Notes under the pieces: generated by a model
Database searches by the model: none
What the model saw: the letters and a program-made list of their open reading frames with translations, nothing else
What the model was told of the DNA's origin: nothing
Source of the DNA: Flavobacteriales bacterium
GTDB lineage: Bacteria; Bacteroidota; Bacteroidia; UBA4408
Assembly (NCBI GenBank): GCA_040374085.1
Contig: JBEIVB010000002.1
Location: 9,621-73,620 of the forward strand
Length of the DNA: 64,000 bases
Direction of reading: 5' to 3'
Part shown: piece after piece, positions 9,197 through 18,851 of the stretch
How positions within the stretch are numbered: the stretch's first letter is position 1
Layout: every line of letters starts with the position of its first letter
Position numbers and translations under genes: made by a program

Positions 9197-10484
9197 AGTG
9201 ATCTTTCCAGATGGTACGAAGGTAATGACTTATTTCTTTTTCGCGGGCATTGTCTCCCGGCATATAGAGGGCCTTTCCGGATAACTCGGAAGGGAGAAAA
9301 TCTTGAAACCCTTCCGGATCATCTGAGGAAAAGTTGTGGCTATATTTATAATCTTTTCCATATCCAAGCTCCTTCATCAATCGGGTTGATGCATTTCTTA
9401 AATGAAGGGGCACAGGCAAGTCTCCGGTCTTGTCGATGCACTCAAAAGCAGCTGCAATGGCCATGTAAGAGGCGTTGCTTTTCGGAGAGGTGGCCAAGTA
9501 TACTGCCGCTTGTGCCAAAATGATGCGGGCCTCTGGCATGCCAATTTCCGATACCGCCTGAAAACAACTTTGGGCTAGCAGAAGGGCGTTCGGATTCGCA
9601 TTTCCAATGTCCTCGCTGGCCAATATCAACATTCTTCTGGCAATAAAAACAGGATCTTCTCCTCCTTTAAGCATGCGTGCCATCCAGTAAACGGCGGCAT
9701 TAGGATCGCTGCCTCGCATGGATTTGATGAAGGCAGAAACTTGGTCGAAGTGTTGCTCCCCATTTTTATCATACAAGGCCATATTTGTAGAAACCGAATC
9801 CAATACCAGCTGGTTTGTGATGACCACCTCCTGGCCGGGGGTAGAAAGAACCAACAATTCCACTGTATTTAGGAGCTTACGAGCATCACCACCCGATAGA
9901 CGCAGCAACGCCTCCCATTCTTCAACCCGAACCGTTTTGCTTTTCAGCAAGGCATCGTGGTGCAAGGCATGGTGGGTCAGTTGCTTCAGATCCGCTTGTC
10001 CGAGGGCTTCCAGCACATATACCTGGCAGCGGCTTAAAAGCGGCGCAATTACTTCGAAGGAAGGATTTTCGGTGGTTGCACCAATAAGCGTAACCACGCC
10101 CTTTTCCACCGCTGCTAATAAAGCATCCTGCTGTGATTTCGAAAATCGATGAATTTCATCAATGAAAAGTATTGGAGATGGTTTCCCAAATAAACCCCCT
10201 CTCTGAACCCGGTCAAGCACATCGCGCACATCTTTCACCCCGGCACTTACAGCACTAAGACTGTAAAAATCACGATCCAGCGTTTGGGAAAGAAGGAGGG
10301 CAAGAGTTGTTTTGCCCACTCCGGGAGGCCCCCACAGAATGATGGAGGGCATGGCCCTCTGCTCCAACATGTTGCGCAAAGGACCATTGGGACCCAAGAG
10401 GTGCTTTTGCCCAACGTAATCGTCCAGCTGTTTTGGTCGGAGCCTTTCAGCAAGGGGTTGGGAGAATGAATTCATGTCGCTCAA
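9186..10484 (-). CDS. rarA: Replication-associated recombination protein A (AAA+ ATPase RarA/MgsA)
   Basis: Walker A ILWGPPGVGKTT and Walker B LFIDEIHRF, plus the MgsA C-terminal region (AVYWMARML..., ...HLRNAST...). Confidence 0.9.
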   Translation of the reverse strand: MSDMNSFSQPLAERLRPKQLDDYVGQKHLLGPNGPLRNMLEQRAMPSIILWGPPGVGKTTLALLLSQTLDRDFYSLSAVSAGVKDVRDVLDRVQRGGLFGKPSPILFIDEIHRFSKSQQDALLAAVEKGVVTLIGATTENPSFEVIAPLLSRCQVYVLEALGQADLKQLTHHALHHDALLKSKTVRVEEWEALLRLSGGDARKLLNTVELLVLSTPGQEVVITNQLVLDSVSTNMALYDKNGEQHFDQVSAFIKSMRGSDPNAAVYWMARMLKGGEDPVFIARRMLILASEDIGNANPNALLLAQSCFQAVSEIGMPEARIILAQAAVYLATSPKSNASYMAIAAAFECIDKTGDLPVPLHLRNASTRLMKELGYGKDYKYSHNFSSDDPEGFQDFLPSELSGKALYMPGDNAREKEISHYLRTIWKDHYGY

Positions 10485-10534
10485 AGGTAAACATTACCCC
10501 CACCAACAATGGATATTGCCTAAGTTTGCAACGC

Positions 10535-11191
10535 ATGGAGTCAGTGGCAAGTCGATATCGCAAGGTTGCAGAGCATCTTGCAGACGGTGTAACGTTGGTG
10601 GCAGTAACCAAAACCCGAAGCGTTGAGGAATTGAAGCATCTGTACGAATGCGGCCACCGAATATTTGGCGAGAACCGAGTTCAGGAGCTGCTGGAGAAGA
10701 AGCCTCAGTTGCCGAACGATGTCTCTTGGCACCTCATCGGAACCCTCCAAACCAACAAGGTGAAACAGGTTTTACCGCATGTGGCCCTCATCCATTCGGT
10801 AGACCGCCTTCCATTATTGGAGTGCATTAATAAAGAAGCCGGTAAACTCGGCATCAAAGCCCACTTATTGCTGCAGGTGCACATTGCATCTGAGGAAACC
10901 AAGCACGGTTTTTCAGAAGAAGAACTACAGGAATTGATTAAGGAACATCTTTCCAACCGCTTTCCAAATGTGGAGGTATTGGGGCTCATGGGCATGGCAA
11001 CTTTTACCGAAGATCAGCAGCAGGTGCGCAGCGAGTTTAAGACCCTGTTTCAACTTTACAGTCAGGCTCGCTTGCGATACCCAAGCTGGTGTATTCTGAG
11101 CATGGGCATGAGCGGCGATTACCAGCTTGCGATGGAAGAAGGAAGCAACATGATTCGAGTGGGTTCTGCATTATTCGGCCCCAGATCGTAA
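10535..11191 (+). CDS. YggS-family pyridoxal-phosphate homeostasis protein
   Basis: ...VTLVAVTKTRSVEEL...IFGENRVQEL...WHLIGTLQTNK... is a PLP-barrel (alanine-racemase N-terminal-like) signature. The start was moved to the ATG at 10535. Confidence 0.85.
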   Translation: MESVASRYRKVAEHLADGVTLVAVTKTRSVEELKHLYECGHRIFGENRVQELLEKKPQLPNDVSWHLIGTLQTNKVKQVLPHVALIHSVDRLPLLECINKEAGKLGIKAHLLLQVHIASEETKHGFSEEELQELIKEHLSNRFPNVEVLGLMGMATFTEDQQQVRSEFKTLFQLYSQARLRYPSWCILSMGMSGDYQLAMEEGSNMIRVGSALFGPRS

Positions 11192-12195
11192 TGGGTACTG
11201 GAGAAGCAGCCGCCTTGTTAACGGCCCTTTTTTGGGCAATCGGAATTTTTCCGTTCACCCAAGCAGCCAAGCGCATGGGTTCTATGGCAGTGAATAATTT
11301 TCGTTTGCTGGTGGCAACGGCCCTCCTTTCGGTTGGTTTGATGATATGGGTTGACGTTCAGCCCCTTGAATGGTTCCGAAAGCCCGGCATGGAGTCGTGG
11401 TTTTGGATGAGCCTCTCCGGCTTGGTTGGGTTAACCATTGGTGATTATTTCTCCTTTGCCAGTTTTGCCCTTTTGGGGCCTCGACTATCCAGCGTTTTTT
11501 CAACGCTTGCTCCGAGTGCGGCCCTTTTCTTTGCCTGGGCTTTACTGGGCGAAGGGGTGCCGGCTGTGGCCCTGATTGGGATGCTGATTACGCTAATGGG
11601 GGTGTGGATGGTGGTGCTCGCTCCGGGCGAAGCTGTACCCGAAAAGCCGGAAGGCAAGTCTCTCGTCCGTGGAATCTGGTATGCCGCTGCAGCAGCGGTT
11701 TGCCAAGGAGTAGGTTTGGTGTTCAGCCGAATCGGTTTGAGACCCGGAGATTCAGCAAGCCCGCTCTCCGCTTGGTTCGCGCAACATGCAACCGGGCATG
11801 CCACCATTGCACCTTTGCATGCCGCCTGGATGCGCATGTTCAGCGCCACCTTCATGGCTTACCTGTTTGTGGTTGTTTCGGGAAGGCTACGCTCCACCAC
11901 TCAACCCATTCTCAACAATCAGGGCAAAGGACTGCCCTTTCTCTTCGCCGGCACAGCATTCGGTCCCGTGCTGGGCATGATTACCAGTATGTGGGCCATC
12001 TCCCTCATTCCTGCCCCCATTGCACAAACAATTTTCTCCTTGGTTCCTGTATTGGTGATGGTATTGGGGGCTGTTTTTTTTAAGTTGCCGTTGCGTCGAA
12101 ATTTAATTGCAGGTTGTGTGGTAGCGATTTTTGGGGTTTTGGTGCTCATCTGGAGGCAAGAAATCATAGAATTATACTTATGGATGTTCGCCTGA
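11191..12195 (+). CDS. EamA/DMT-family transporter
   Basis: About 10 TM segments in two EamA-like halves. The start ATG overlaps the yggS stop (TAATG). Confidence 0.75.
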   Translation: MGTGEAAALLTALFWAIGIFPFTQAAKRMGSMAVNNFRLLVATALLSVGLMIWVDVQPLEWFRKPGMESWFWMSLSGLVGLTIGDYFSFASFALLGPRLSSVFSTLAPSAALFFAWALLGEGVPAVALIGMLITLMGVWMVVLAPGEAVPEKPEGKSLVRGIWYAAAAAVCQGVGLVFSRIGLRPGDSASPLSAWFAQHATGHATIAPLHAAWMRMFSATFMAYLFVVVSGRLRSTTQPILNNQGKGLPFLFAGTAFGPVLGMITSMWAISLIPAPIAQTIFSLVPVLVMVLGAVFFKLPLRRNLIAGCVVAIFGVLVLIWRQEIIELYLWMFA

Positions 12196-13088
12196 GTCTG
12201 CGTCATGTTTTTCGTGGACACGCAGCCGGTGTTTATGCGCTGGAGGAAGGTTTTGATGATCATGCTTTTTTTTCGGGCAGCTCCGATCGATACGTGGCAG
12301 GGTGGAATGTGGCTTCTTTGGATCAATCGGGTTTTACCGCGCTTTTTCCTTCGCCTGTTTATTCCCTGCTTCACCTTCCGGAATCAGGATGTCTTTTGGG
12401 CGGCACCGGCATGGGACAAATTCATGTGTTGAACACCCAAGCCCGAGCTGAGGAGCGCGTGATTCAGGCGCATGATGGCAGCGTATTCGCGTTGGCCTTA
12501 AACGCGGCTAGGAGCGAGGTTTGGTCGGGTGGAGGAGATGGCTGGGTCAACTGTTTCGACATCCATACTTGGGAGCTCAAGCACCGGTATTTTTTCGGTC
12601 AGGCAAAGGTTCGTGGCATTGCTTTGGATCCGGCTTGCCAGAAAATAGCCGTCAGCGTTGGAACCGGATACTGTCATGTGTTGGATGTTGATGGCCACGA
12701 ATTATGGAGGGTTGAGGCCAACGGGCTTTCCTGCAATGCCGCACTTTGGAGCGATGATGGAGGCATTTTGATTACGGGCGGAAGAGACGCTCGCTTAAGG
12801 TGGTTTGAGGTGGGGCGTGAAAAGCCCCTAATCGAACTCGATGCGCACCGCTATGCCGTTTACAGCATGAAACTCCATCCTTCCGGAGAGTGGTTTGCAT
12901 CATCCAGCAGAGATGCGTCAATAAAATGTTGGAGCATAGCGGATGGGCAATTTTTAGGCAGAGTTACCCGCTTGGAAGGAGGCGGGCATTCCCATTCGGT
13001 AAATCACCTCCTTTGGTTGGATGATGCAACCTTGGTGAGTGCCAGCGACGACAGAACCATTATGCTTTGGGATTGCCATTACGGCTGA
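12180..13088 (+). CDS. WD40-repeat protein
   Basis: Repeated GH...WD-like units (SGSSDRYVAGWNV, SGGGDGWVNCFDI, TGGRDARLRWFEV, SSSRDASIKCWSI, SASDDRTIMLWDC). The start overlaps the EamA gene by 16 nt. Confidence 0.75.
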   Translation: MDVRLSLRHVFRGHAAGVYALEEGFDDHAFFSGSSDRYVAGWNVASLDQSGFTALFPSPVYSLLHLPESGCLLGGTGMGQIHVLNTQARAEERVIQAHDGSVFALALNAARSEVWSGGGDGWVNCFDIHTWELKHRYFFGQAKVRGIALDPACQKIAVSVGTGYCHVLDVDGHELWRVEANGLSCNAALWSDDGGILITGGRDARLRWFEVGREKPLIELDAHRYAVYSMKLHPSGEWFASSSRDASIKCWSIADGQFLGRVTRLEGGGHSHSVNHLLWLDDATLVSASDDRTIMLWDCHYG

Positions 13089-13797
13089 ATATCAGAGAAA
13101 CAATTAGGTAAGGAAAAACAAACAGAGGCAAGGAGGCTGCTCCTCCCCAAAGCACAAGGCAAAAAGCAATTGCTCCTAGGATATAAGGCAAAGGATGTTG
13201 CTTGGGATTCCAGCTTGGGGGTTTCATGGATCCAAAAGGAATCCTTGATACCATCAAAAAAGCCACAAAAATGAGATAGCCCATCAAAAATCGCACATCG
13301 CGCACTACAGGAACCAACCAGGGCAACTGGTTTGTAAGGATTACTTGCGACAAGGCCGCCACCATAATGCCCGCTGCCGGGGCGGGAAGCCCCGAAAAGG
13401 TTTCGCTCGAAGAATAGGGCATTGCGTTAAATCGGGCAAGGCGCCAGGCTGCCGCCAGAGGGATAACCAAACTGGTGTACATGGCGTAATGCAGCACACC
13501 CGTTTGATGGGCATGGTGGAATAGGTCATAGTTGATCAGTTGCAACGCCATTAGGCCGGGTGCGACACCAAACGTAACGGCATCCGCCAAGGCATCGAGC
13601 TCAGCGCCCATAGGGCCAGATGTGCCCAAAGCCCGAGCAACCAGGCCGTCCAGAAAATCGAAAATAGAGGCCAGTATAATGAGCCAAAAGGCCAGGTAGA
13701 ACCCTGTTTCAGTTCTGCCATAGATTTGAGCTATGGCCAAAAAACCACAGGCCAAATTCAGCAGAGTAACAAAATTGGCTAGGTTTCGCCTCATCAT
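13060..13797 (-). CDS. pssA: CDP-alcohol phosphatidyltransferase, likely CDP-diacylglycerol--serine O-phosphatidyltransferase
   Basis: DFLDGLVARALGTSGPMGAELDALADAVTFG matches the D-G-x2-A-R...G...D-x3-D motif. Polytopic membrane protein. The start is ambiguous among M1, M11 and M12. Confidence 0.8.
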   Translation of the reverse strand: MMRRNLANFVTLLNLACGFLAIAQIYGRTETGFYLAFWLIILASIFDFLDGLVARALGTSGPMGAELDALADAVTFGVAPGLMALQLINYDLFHHAHQTGVLHYAMYTSLVIPLAAAWRLARFNAMPYSSSETFSGLPAPAAGIMVAALSQVILTNQLPWLVPVVRDVRFLMGYLIFVAFLMVSRIPFGSMKPPSWNPKQHPLPYILGAIAFCLVLWGGAASLPLFVFPYLIVSLIFSRNGNPKA

Positions 13798-14010
13798 AAG
13801 TTCCGATTGCGTGAAGTTTTGTTCCAAACATACGGATTTATCAACCAGTTAAGATTTCCCCTAAATGCTCTAAACCTTTCGCTGAATACCTTTGTTTTAC
13901 TGTTGAATGCCAACAAAAAGCATGTTTGCAACCCATCACCTTGCCCTATGCGTTTTGGCTTGTGTAAAGAAAACAGATACATTCGCAAAGTGGAACCTAA
14001 TACCTCAACA

Positions 14011-16719
14011 ATGAAAAAACTATTACTCATCCTCGGAGTGCTCATCGGCCCGGCCTTTTCCATGGCACAGAGTCAATTCAATTGCGGCTTTGAGGAAGCG
14101 CGCAGGCAGGCAATTGCCAAAGATCCCTCCATTCTCGAGCGGGAGCGCGAGTTCCGGGAAAACCTGATTCGGGCTACGCTTGAAGAGCAGACGCAGGGCG
14201 TTTACAAAAACAATCAACGCATCATCGTTCCAATCGTATTCCACATCATCCACAACAATGGAGTGGAAAACATTGCCGACAAACAGGTTTACGACCAAAT
14301 GCGCATCCTCAATGAGGATTTCAACAAACTGAATGCAGACACGGCTTTGGTGATTCCACCTTACCGCCCCATTATTGCCAAATGCGGATTTGAGTTTCGC
14401 TTGGCAACCCGTGATGAGGCCGGTCGCTGTACCAACGGCATAGACCGAATCCGTTCCCAAAAAACGTACAACGGAAACGACCGTTCCAAACTCAATTCAT
14501 GGTTTGCCAATCGCTACTTGAACGTTTGGGTAGTGAATACCATTGGCGCCCAAGGCGTTGCCGGCTATGCTTACCAGCCTCCAACCGTTGGTTCTACCTT
14601 GTTCTTCGTTGATGGAATCATCATCCTTCACGATTACATAGGTTCCATTGGTACCTCCAACCCCAATAGTTCTAGGGCATTAACCCACGAGATTGGCCAC
14701 TACTTAGGATTGGCTCACCCTTGGGGCAACACCAACGAGCCCGGAGTTGCCTGCGGCGACGATGGCGTTGAAGATACCCCTGTTACCAAAGGGTTCACCT
14801 CTTGCAGCAACCGTTTCGTGTATGGTTGCTCCATAACCCAGTTCACCACTTTGGGCGCTATTTACCGTTTTGATTCCGTTACCACCGCTTCTGGAACAAC
14901 CGAACCTCCATACAATCCAAATAATGCCGGCGGACTGTTTGACCCTGCTCGCGCAAAGGCGGTGGGTGTTGGCGGCAACTCCACTGTAGCCGGTGCATTT
15001 GCCTTCTCAGGCTGGGGCACCGGAGGCGAAACGGCCTCTGGCGATACCACCTTCGCGAATTTGAGCGGAACGCAGGATCCTTCCAAATACTACGAGGTTA
15101 AGTTCACCCCTTTGAACCGCACCATCATGAAGATGAATCAAATGACCTTCATGGCGGCCCGAACCAACGATGGCCCAAGAACCTTTGCCGTTCGCAGCAG
15201 CCTGGATAACTACCAGACCAACCTCAACATCATAAAAACGTCCTTACGTATGAGCCGTCGGGGTGGTAATGTTGCTTTCTACCGCCGCGATACTGCCTCT
15301 ACCGCCTTCATTGATACTGTAATCTTCAATTTGGGAACCGGTCTTCAGCAATTGTACTTCCCCAGCAGCGTAACGTTCCGCATATATGCATGGAACAGCG
15401 AAAGCGATGCAGGCGTGTTCGGTATCGACCGACTCTCCATCAACAGCGGTGATTTTGGCGTGATTGAGAACGTAGAGAACTTCATGGATTATGCCTATTG
15501 CAGCAAGTTTTTCACCAACGGCCAAAAACTGCTCATGACCACGGCTCTGAACAGTGCAACTGCACAGCGAAACAACCTTTGGACTGCAGCCAACCTAGAC
15601 AGTACCGGAACCGCCGATCCATATGTTGTAGGTGGAACCGTTTGTAGCCTCAAGCCTGAGTTTTTTGCCAACCAAGATTTCTCTTGCAGCGGCATCAACG
15701 ATCAGGTGAAGTTTGTTGACAATACCAGCAACGGACGAGTTGTTTCTCGTCAATGGACCTTTCCCGACGGAACACCTTCCTCTACGACCGATTCGGTTAA
15801 GACTGTGGTGTTCTCTACACCTGGATACAAGAATGTTACGCTTACCGTTACCAACGCCAACGGAGCACAGTTCACCGTGACCAAACCATTCTTTGTTTCT
15901 TACCCCGATGCGGCCTACACCGTTCCGTACACAGAGAGTTTTGAGAACAATCAGTTTAACGACTGGTTAAACTCCAATTTCTTAAATGAAGGCGCAATGT
16001 GGTCTGTTACCAACAATGTGGCATCAACCGGTAATCGTGCCATCAAGCTCACCAACTACGGTGTTGGTTTGGATCGTGATTTTGTTGTGTCTCCGAGCAT
16101 TCACTTCCCCAGCTTTACCAGTTCGCACCAGCTTACCTTTAAATATGCCGCAGCTACCACTACCACCCAAGCAGCTGATTTAAGCGACTCGTTGCGGGTT
16201 TATTTCTCCACCGATTGTGGAAACACTTGGATAAACAACGGTGCAACCTCAACCATGAATCTCACTGGGTCTACTTTGTTCTCAGGGGGCTCTTGGAACA
16301 ATCCCTTCACCCCTAGTCCATCCAACTGGCGTACAGCAACCTTCACCTTGCCCAACTCGGTTACCGGTAAAAATGTTCGTTTGCGTTTCCGTTATTCTGG
16401 AGGCGATTATTCAAACAACGTATACATAGACGACATCAACATTTCCTCAACGACCGGAATGGAGGATGTTTTGGGTGCAGGCTGGGATGTGTTCCCCAAC
16501 CCAAGCTCAGAGTCTTTTGTTCTCACCATTCCAACTTTCCAGGCCAACGGAAGCCTCACCATCGTTTCCATCGATGGCAAGATTATTTCTGAGCAAAGCC
16601 TTAATGGGATGCAAGGACAGGTAGAATTGAAATGGCCTGCAGGAACGGCTCGCGGTGCTTATTTCCTAAAAGTCTCAACCGCTCAAGGTCAGTTCTTTAA
16701 GCGTCTAATGAAAAACTAA
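14011..16719 (+). CDS. Secreted M43-family (cytophagalysin/pappalysin-like) zinc metalloprotease with a PKD domain and a T9SS C-terminal sorting domain
   Basis: Signal peptide MKKLLLILGVLIGPAFSMAQ. Zinc site HEIGHYLGLAHPWG. PKD-like segment ...VKFVDNTSNGRVVSRQWTFPDGTP...NVTLTVTNANG. C-terminal ...VFPNPSSESFVLTI...GAYFLKVSTAQGQFFKRLMKN is a T9SS CTD. Confidence 0.85.
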   Translation: MKKLLLILGVLIGPAFSMAQSQFNCGFEEARRQAIAKDPSILEREREFRENLIRATLEEQTQGVYKNNQRIIVPIVFHIIHNNGVENIADKQVYDQMRILNEDFNKLNADTALVIPPYRPIIAKCGFEFRLATRDEAGRCTNGIDRIRSQKTYNGNDRSKLNSWFANRYLNVWVVNTIGAQGVAGYAYQPPTVGSTLFFVDGIIILHDYIGSIGTSNPNSSRALTHEIGHYLGLAHPWGNTNEPGVACGDDGVEDTPVTKGFTSCSNRFVYGCSITQFTTLGAIYRFDSVTTASGTTEPPYNPNNAGGLFDPARAKAVGVGGNSTVAGAFAFSGWGTGGETASGDTTFANLSGTQDPSKYYEVKFTPLNRTIMKMNQMTFMAARTNDGPRTFAVRSSLDNYQTNLNIIKTSLRMSRRGGNVAFYRRDTASTAFIDTVIFNLGTGLQQLYFPSSVTFRIYAWNSESDAGVFGIDRLSINSGDFGVIENVENFMDYAYCSKFFTNGQKLLMTTALNSATAQRNNLWTAANLDSTGTADPYVVGGTVCSLKPEFFANQDFSCSGINDQVKFVDNTSNGRVVSRQWTFPDGTPSSTTDSVKTVVFSTPGYKNVTLTVTNANGAQFTVTKPFFVSYPDAAYTVPYTESFENNQFNDWLNSNFLNEGAMWSVTNNVASTGNRAIKLTNYGVGLDRDFVVSPSIHFPSFTSSHQLTFKYAAATTTTQAADLSDSLRVYFSTDCGNTWINNGATSTMNLTGSTLFSGGSWNNPFTPSPSNWRTATFTLPNSVTGKNVRLRFRYSGGDYSNNVYIDDINISSTTGMEDVLGAGWDVFPNPSSESFVLTIPTFQANGSLTIVSIDGKIISEQSLNGMQGQVELKWPAGTARGAYFLKVSTAQGQFFKRLMKN

Positions 16720-16744
16720 TTTGTAGAGTACATTTTACAGTAAA

Positions 16745-16771
16745 GAAGGCCAACAGATTCTGTTGGCCTTC
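16745..16771. terminator. Bidirectional intrinsic terminator between the convergent protease and kdtA genes
   Basis: Perfect 12-bp inverted repeat GAAGGCCAACAG-att-CTGTTGGCCTTC, flanked by A/T runs on both sides. Confidence 0.75.
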
Positions 16772-16804
16772 TTTATTTATAAGCAATAGGGAATGATAAT
16801 TCTC

Positions 16805-18040
16805 TTATGCTTCAAGAAATGGTGTTAGGGCTTCCATGATCTTGATGGTGGCTCCCTTTGATTCCTCTGCAAAAGCTCTATTTGCGTAACCCATATGAAG
16901 TTGTTTTTCCCGGCTGCTTAGGATGGAAAGCCCCATGCGGGCCGCTTCTAAGGGCGACTTGGCCCAAATGGCCCCACCTCTTTCGATCATACTTTTGGCT
17001 TCCGGAAAGCGTTCGAATTTTGGGCCAAATACAATGGGTTTGCCATAAACAGCGGCTTCCCAGGTATTGTGAATGCCTTTGCCAAAGCCACCACCGATCC
17101 AGCACAGCTGCGCCAATCCGTAAAGAGAAGATAGAATACCCACTCGATCGATCAGAAGCACTCTTCCGGTTTCGCTTGGTAGCAATTGGGAGAGCCTCTG
17201 GCAACCGAAGGATTCGCATCGCTTCATCAGTTCTGCAATTCGGCTTTCGGAGGTTTCGTGTGGGGCAATTATGACCTTGACTTTTGAATGCTGCAACAAA
17301 TATTCAAGGCCTTCTTCATCATCTGGCCACGTGCTTCCTGCAACAACCAATGGTTGATTTTGAGAAAAGGCCCGGATCTCAGTTGGAGGTTCTTTGGTTT
17401 CCAAAATCTCCCAAACCCGGTCCACCCTGGGGTCTCCGGTAACCTCAACGTGTGGCATTCCATGTGCCTTCAACAGATTCATGGTTGCAACGTTCTGCAC
17501 CAGAAAGAGGCGCACTTGATGCCTTAATGCCTTCCGTAACGAATGAGCCAATGGGTGAAAAAGCCAGTGGCTTTTTGGAAAATCGCAGGCAATGAAACAA
17601 ACAGGTATGGCGTTTTTTTCACATGCCTTTAGATGATAAAACCAGAAATCGTACTTCACAAAAATGGCCAACCTAGGCTTAAGTGTCGTTATCCAATGAT
17701 TTGCTTGTGCAGGGGTGTCTTCTGGAAGATACGTTACCCAATCTGCATTCGAGAAATCTTTTTTTGCCTTAAACCCGCTGGGAGAGAAGAAGGTGAGTAC
17801 AATAGGTAGGTCTGCATAATGCTTCCGAATGGATTCCAGCACGGGTCTCCCTTGCTCAAACTCGCCTAAGGAGGCGCAATGAAACCAGATGGGGTTTCGA
17901 CCAGTCATTTTCAGAAGACTGGGATGATTTTTCCAGTTCTTCCTACCGCCTACAAATGCTCTTGCCTTCTCAGAAAATGGCATAGCCAGCCTTATGCCCA
18001 ATCTGTATAACCCTACTCCGGCTCGGTAAAGGCTGATCAT
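16805..18040 (-). CDS. kdtA: 3-deoxy-D-manno-octulosonic acid (Kdo) transferase
   Basis: 411 aa; ...IWFHCASLGEFEQGRPVLESI... and overall WaaA/KdtA glycosyltransferase family 30 organisation. Confidence 0.85.
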   Translation of the reverse strand: MISLYRAGVGLYRLGIRLAMPFSEKARAFVGGRKNWKNHPSLLKMTGRNPIWFHCASLGEFEQGRPVLESIRKHYADLPIVLTFFSPSGFKAKKDFSNADWVTYLPEDTPAQANHWITTLKPRLAIFVKYDFWFYHLKACEKNAIPVCFIACDFPKSHWLFHPLAHSLRKALRHQVRLFLVQNVATMNLLKAHGMPHVEVTGDPRVDRVWEILETKEPPTEIRAFSQNQPLVVAGSTWPDDEEGLEYLLQHSKVKVIIAPHETSESRIAELMKRCESFGCQRLSQLLPSETGRVLLIDRVGILSSLYGLAQLCWIGGGFGKGIHNTWEAAVYGKPIVFGPKFERFPEAKSMIERGGAIWAKSPLEAARMGLSILSSREKQLHMGYANRAFAEESKGATIKIMEALTPFLEA

Positions 18041-18816
18041 CAGTACGTATAATAACCAGATGCGTTGCGCGGATATAAGGGAAGCACATACCCCAACCGA
18101 ATGCCAATCAAACCATCGTTGCGCAAACGCGTATCCGTTTGCCTTGTATCGTAGTTAAAGGAGCGCAAACTCCGCGTGTAACCTCTTTGGTATTCCAATA
18201 AAATGTACCCATTCAACACCCTGTTGTTGCCCATAAACCAGAAACCGAAGCACACGCCTGCATAGGGTCCGCCGCTCAATCGGTCGTATCCCTTTTTATA
18301 ATCTCCGGCTAATTGCGGGCTGCGATTTCCAATGTCTTCGATGCGTATTTTGGTGTGCATCCAACCGCCTTGTAAACCAAACATCCAACCTGTGTTTGGA
18401 TTGAAACGATGGGAAGGTAGCAGGTAGTTTGCTTGAAGTCCGAAAATCATGCCCCTTTCAAAAAACCGAATGCCGGCTTGTTCACCATTTTGATCGATGA
18501 TGAAACCATCGGACGTGCTGATTGGCTGAAGAATGGTGTTTTCTTTTACCGTATTTCCAAAAAGGTAGCTCCATTGCGCCTGCAGCATCCATCGGTTCTT
18601 GAACTTGTACCCTACGGAGGCCCCGGCTGTTCCGTTGTTGCCAAAGCGGTCGCGCAGATCGTTAAGGGGTACTTGAAACCCACCGTGCAGCGATAAAAAG
18701 GTAACCCTAACCGCCGAATCGGCAGGAGAAACCGAACCCCCTCCAAGGCTCCTAACAGGCAGGGACAGCATCAGGAAGGCAAGTGTAAGCTCAAGAAGAA
18801 AAGGGCTGCGGACCAT
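18040..18816 (-). CDS. Outer-membrane beta-barrel protein (hypothetical), translationally coupled to kdtA
   Basis: Signal peptide MVRSPFLLELTLAFLMLSLPVRSLG. Alternating aromatic/Gly beta-strand pattern with C-terminal ...GYYTY. The stop TGA shares its A with the kdtA ATG (TGATG). Confidence 0.6.
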   Translation of the reverse strand: MVRSPFLLELTLAFLMLSLPVRSLGGGSVSPADSAVRVTFLSLHGGFQVPLNDLRDRFGNNGTAGASVGYKFKNRWMLQAQWSYLFGNTVKENTILQPISTSDGFIIDQNGEQAGIRFFERGMIFGLQANYLLPSHRFNPNTGWMFGLQGGWMHTKIRIEDIGNRSPQLAGDYKKGYDRLSGGPYAGVCFGFWFMGNNRVLNGYILLEYQRGYTRSLRSFNYDTRQTDTRLRNDGLIGIRLGYVLPLYPRNASGYYTY

Positions 18817-18851
18817 TGATTTTGCCTATATTCGCAAATTTCACAAAAAAA

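Noticed and set aside
11919-12374. 151-aa minus-strand ORF across the EamA/WD40 junction
   Set aside because: It is antisense to two coding genes and has an Arg/Lys-rich low-complexity N-terminus.
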